Shown here piece by piece: positions 28,738 through 32,000 of a stretch of DNA of 32,000 nucleotides. Source of the stretch: Longivirga aurantiaca (GTDB taxonomy: Bacteria > Actinomycetota > Actinomycetes > S36-B12 > CAIYMF01). The stretch lies in assembly GCF_042660085.1 (NCBI RefSeq), contig NZ_JBHSTI010000008.1, positions 1,209,876 through 1,241,875 on the forward strand. The letters run 5' to 3'. Numbering within the stretch: position 1 is the stretch's first letter; every line of letters begins with the position of its first letter. A program made the position numbers and the translations under genes. The notes under the pieces were generated by a model that saw nothing but the letters and a program-made list of their open reading frames with translations, was not told the DNA's origin and did not search any database.

Positions 28738-29984
28738 GGACCGTCATCATCGGTACCGGACCCGCGGGGATCACCGCGGCCGAGGTGCTCCGGCGGCACG
28801 ATCCCGACGCCGACCTCGTCCTCGTGACGACGGAGCACGAACCCCCGTACTCGCCGCCGGCGATGGCCGACCACTTCCTGACCGGGCGCCGTGCGGGCCT
28901 GTTCTGGAAGGGCGAGGACGTCTGCGAGCGATGGGGCGCCACAGAGTTGCGCGGGGTCCAGGCGGTGTCGGTCGACACGAGGGCGCACGAGGTCGCGCTG
29001 TCGGACGGCCGATCGCTCGACTACGACTCGCTGCTGATCGCGTCGGGCAGCAGGCTGCACGCGTCGCTTCCCGGCAACGAGCTCAGCGGCATCCACGACT
29101 TCAAGTCGCTGGACGCTGCACGGCGGATCCTCGGCGGCGTCCGGGACGGGAGGGTACGACGCGTCCTCGTGGTCGGGTCGGGGTTCATCGGCGTCGAGCT
29201 CGCCCTGCTGCTGAGCGATCTCGGCGTCCACGTGACCGTCCTGGGCCGGCGAGGCTGGGTGATGCCGCGGGTGCTCGACCCCGACACCGCCGCCGTCGCC
29301 GAGCGCGCGATCCGCGCTCGCGGTGTCCACCTCATGCTGGGGGTGCCCGCTTCCGCCTTCGTCGGCGACGAGACGGTCGAGGGTGTAGAGCTGGCCGACG
29401 GAACGACCCTGCGCGCGGATGCGTTCGTGGCCGCCACGGGCGTCAAGCCGCACATCGAGTTCCTCCACGACTCGGACGTCGCGACCGACTGGGGCGTCCT
29501 GGTCGACGATCGGATGCGCACCACAGCGCCCGACGTCTACGCAGCGGGGGACGTGGCCGAGGCATCCGACCGGATGACCGGCAATCGATACGTGCATGCG
29601 ATCTTCCCCAACGCGGTCGCGCAGGCCACGGTCGCGGCTCTCAACATCCTCGACCGGGACACGGCCTACGCCGGAGCAGAGTCGATGAACAGCCTCAAGC
29701 ACCTCGGGATCCCGCTGGTGTCCATCGGTGACATGGAGGGCGAGGACCGGCTGCAGTGGCGGTCCGGGGACGCGCTGCGGACGGTGTGGCTGACCGACGG
29801 CCGGATCGTGGGCGCACGGCTCGCGGGAGAGATCTCCGGTGCCGGCGTCTACCGATCCCTGATGCTGCGGCGCGACGACGTGCGACGGTTCGGGCGGCGA
29901 CTCGTCGAACCCTCGTTCGGCAGCGGGGATCTCGCGCTGACCGCCCTCATGCCCGACCTTGCCCGGAGCGCCCGGGTGGCCTGA
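28734..29984 (+). CDS. FAD-dependent NAD(P)/ferredoxin-type oxidoreductase, likely partner of the CODH module
   Basis: TVIIGTGPAGITAAEVLRRHDPDADLVLVTTEHEPPYSPPA; RVLVVGSGFIGVELALLLSDLGVHVTVL; PDVYAAGDVAEA; ATG overlaps cooC TGA. Confidence 0.92.
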   Translation: MRTVIIGTGPAGITAAEVLRRHDPDADLVLVTTEHEPPYSPPAMADHFLTGRRAGLFWKGEDVCERWGATELRGVQAVSVDTRAHEVALSDGRSLDYDSLLIASGSRLHASLPGNELSGIHDFKSLDAARRILGGVRDGRVRRVLVVGSGFIGVELALLLSDLGVHVTVLGRRGWVMPRVLDPDTAAVAERAIRARGVHLMLGVPASAFVGDETVEGVELADGTTLRADAFVAATGVKPHIEFLHDSDVATDWGVLVDDRMRTTAPDVYAAGDVAEASDRMTGNRYVHAIFPNAVAQATVAALNILDRDTAYAGAESMNSLKHLGIPLVSIGDMEGEDRLQWRSGDALRTVWLTDGRIVGARLAGEISGAGVYRSLMLRRDDVRRFGRRLVEPSFGSGDLALTALMPDLARSARVA

Positions 29985-30007
29985 CCCCGGGCGGCCGTGC
30001 GCATCCC

Positions 30008-30766
30008 TCAGGCGAGCACGGACGAGACCGCGCGGTTCGCGACCGACAGGCTCGTCCACGTCCGCAGCCGCAGCTGCCCGACCTGCGCGTCGTCGATCCG
30101 GTCGCACACCCAGTCCCAGTGCAGGGAGCACCAGTCGCCGACGGCGAGGGGACGGGCGAGCGCGGCCCCGTCGAGGGAGGTGATCACCCGCTCGACGCGC
30201 TCCGGCCCGAGCGCGAGCCGGCGACCGTCCCACACCAGCGGCTGGGACGTCACGTCGGCGCAGCCGACGCCGAGAGCCTCGACGCGTCCCCAACGGATGC
30301 GGCACCGGTCCAGCACGCGGAGCGGCGCGTCGACGACGCCCGTCCTGAGCAGCCCCACGAAGGGGTAGACGCCCAGGACGTGGAAGCTGTGGTGCGGCTG
30401 CGCACCCCGGATCGCGGCGTCGGCCAGGGGCGACCAGGCACGGCCGAGGCGAGGGCGGAAGCGCTCCTCGAGCGAGCCGGCCATGAGGTGGAGAGGCACG
30501 TGGTCCAGCAGGCTGTTGCCGATCCAGTACGCCTCCACCACATCGGCGTCGCACGGGTCTGCGATCCCGTTGGCGTGAGCGATGAGCTCGAGGTACGGCC
30601 AGGCGCCCTCGAACGTGCGCAGCGTGGCGCGCAGGTCGCCGTCGACGGCGCCCGCGGCCGTGCGCCCCAGGAGCGCGGCGGGGTCGTCGGCACCGCAGTA
30701 GCCCAGCTCGTTCGGCGGGTACGCGTACCGCGCGAACAGCAGCTCTCCGGGCACCCGACCGGTCAC
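30008..30766 (-). CDS. Uncharacterised protein in hypC-like operon
   Basis: GTG start 30766 (VTGRVPGELLFARYAYPPNELGYCGADDPAALLG...LLDHVPLHLMAG...HHSFHVLGVYPFVGLLRTG), overlapping the upstream TGA (GTGA). Confidence 0.8.
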   Translation of the reverse strand: MTGRVPGELLFARYAYPPNELGYCGADDPAALLGRTAAGAVDGDLRATLRTFEGAWPYLELIAHANGIADPCDADVVEAYWIGNSLLDHVPLHLMAGSLEERFRPRLGRAWSPLADAAIRGAQPHHSFHVLGVYPFVGLLRTGVVDAPLRVLDRCRIRWGRVEALGVGCADVTSQPLVWDGRRLALGPERVERVITSLDGAALARPLAVGDWCSLHWDWVCDRIDDAQVGQLRLRTWTSLSVANRAVSSVLA

Positions 30767-31683
30767 ACGGCCACCTCGCGCGTCCGCTGCCGCGCGGGCG
30801 CCCACATCAGGGCGCCCCCGGCCAGCACGAGCAGCAGCCATCCCGTCTGCGGTGCGAGCGGGACGCCCTGGACGGCGGTGGCGAGCACGGCGGTTATCAC
30901 CGCGCCGACGACGAGGATCGCCGTCACATCGACGGCCTGCGCGCGCGCCAGTGCGGCGAACCAGGTGGAGACGTAGCCGGCGAGGATCGCACCGGTGAGC
31001 AGGACCCAGCCCCACTGCGACGCCGACCACGACAGCACGGCGCCGAGCTCGCCCCGTGCGACGGACCACAGGATCAGCACGACGCTGCCGAGGCCCATCC
31101 GCGCGAGAGCGACAGTCCACGACGACAGGTCGGCCAGGAGCCGCTTGGCGAGCACGACCTCCACCGCCCAGAGCAGGGTCGCGCCGAGCACGAGCGCCTG
31201 GCCGGTGCCCACCAGGGCGGAGACGCCCCCGGCGAGACCCACCTGGCCCACGACGAGCAGCACGATGGCCAGCAGGTGCCAGACGCCGAGCCGCTCGCCC
31301 AGGATCGGGACGGCGAGCAGCGCCACCCAGATCAGCAGCGTCTTGTGGAGGAAGGCGGAGTTCGTGGAGGACGCCCGTGCCAGTCCTTCGAAGAAGAGCA
31401 CGAAGGCGACCGCGCCGCCCAGGACGCCCACGGCGGCCAGTCCCCACCACTGGGCCGCGCTCGTGGGCCGGGTGAGCGGCAGCCGTCCGCGGCGTCCGGC
31501 CGCGGCCCCGATCGTCGCGGCCAGGGCGAGCAGCACGACCAGCGACACGCCGTTCTTCGCCGTGGTGTACAGGGTCGCGTCGCCGACGGCCTTGACGCCG
31601 TACCCGTTGAGGAAGACGGCGAAGCCGCTGATCACGGCGGTGGCGAGGGCGAGGAGCAGCCCGGTGCTGCGGCGTTCGGTCAT
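30763..31683 (-). CDS. EamA/DMT family transporter
   Basis: About ten hydrophobic helices, two EamA-like repeats (AFVLFFEGLARASSTNSAFLHKTLLIWVALLAVPILGERLG; TWFAALARAQAVDVTAILVVGAVITAVLA). ATG at 31683 overlaps upstream TGA. Confidence 0.9.
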   Translation of the reverse strand: MTERRSTGLLLALATAVISGFAVFLNGYGVKAVGDATLYTTAKNGVSLVVLLALAATIGAAAGRRGRLPLTRPTSAAQWWGLAAVGVLGGAVAFVLFFEGLARASSTNSAFLHKTLLIWVALLAVPILGERLGVWHLLAIVLLVVGQVGLAGGVSALVGTGQALVLGATLLWAVEVVLAKRLLADLSSWTVALARMGLGSVVLILWSVARGELGAVLSWSASQWGWVLLTGAILAGYVSTWFAALARAQAVDVTAILVVGAVITAVLATAVQGVPLAPQTGWLLLVLAGGALMWAPARQRTREVAV

Positions 31684-31901
31684 GACGGCACCTCCGAGTC
31701 GCGGAGGCGGAGCGCCTCGTGCGCCTCGGACTCCGTGAGCCGCGCGAGCGCGAGCCCGCAATGGACGAGCAACCAGTCGCCGGTGGCGACCGGGTCGGTC
31801 AGCGTCAGCAGCGAGACCGACGTCTCGCGCTCCCCGCTACGGACGAGCACGGCGCCGTCGGCGGGGGGAGCCGCCACCTGGCACAGGGTCCCGAGGCACA
31901 T
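31680..31901 (-). CDS. hypC: HypC/HybG/HupF family hydrogenase maturation chaperone
   Basis: N-terminal MCLGTLCQV, C-terminal VATGDWLLVHCGLALARLTESEAHEALRL, small 73-aa size, typical HypC layout. Confidence 0.82.
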   Translation of the reverse strand: MCLGTLCQVAAPPADGAVLVRSGERETSVSLLTLTDPVATGDWLLVHCGLALARLTESEAHEALRLRDSEVPS

Positions 31902-32000
31902 CACCGACCACCGCCCCCGAGCGCATCGAGCGCAACTCGCGCAGCGTCGTCGGCTGCGCCCAGGACCGCGCTGGAGAGCCCGGCCCCGGCTGCCATGTCC
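31901..32000 (-). CDS. C-terminal end of an upstream co-directional CDS (truncated by window edge)
   Basis: In-frame ...DMAAGAGLSSAVLGAADDAARVALDALGGGGR* whose TGA overlaps the hypC ATG (TGATG). Confidence 0.5.
   Translation of the reverse strand, partial: DMAAGAGLSSAVLGAADDAARVALDALGGGGR

Overview
High-GC actinobacterial chromosomal segment (codon usage and gene content are compatible with a Cellulomonas-like micrococcalean; taxonomy is an inference). Left part: patatin-like phospholipase, EAL-domain protein, universal stress protein, HhH-GPD repair protein and the primary sigma factor (sigA/rpoD). Middle part (about 5.9-17.2 kb) looks mosaic: a truncated WS/DGAT acyltransferase remnant, Tat-exported flavin amine oxidase, MFS-cyclic-nucleotide-binding fusion, BBE-type FAD oxidase, lipoprotein and ABC1/UbiB kinase. 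It contains two extra fragments of the 3' end of sigA (8890-8920 and 17070-17198), which suggests repeated integration or rearrangement at the sigA 3' end. Right part: nitrilase, ferritin-like protein, luciferase-like monooxygenase, a secernin/aminotransferase/unknown operon, and a tightly coupled Ni-Fe carbon monoxide dehydrogenase operon (cooF-cooS-cooC-FAD oxidoreductase). The latter converges with a coupled hypC-like/EamA/unknown operon. The CooS has complete C-cluster ligands but a CX2C D-cluster motif in place of CX7C. No CRISPR array, rRNA, tRNA, transposase or integrase was recognised.
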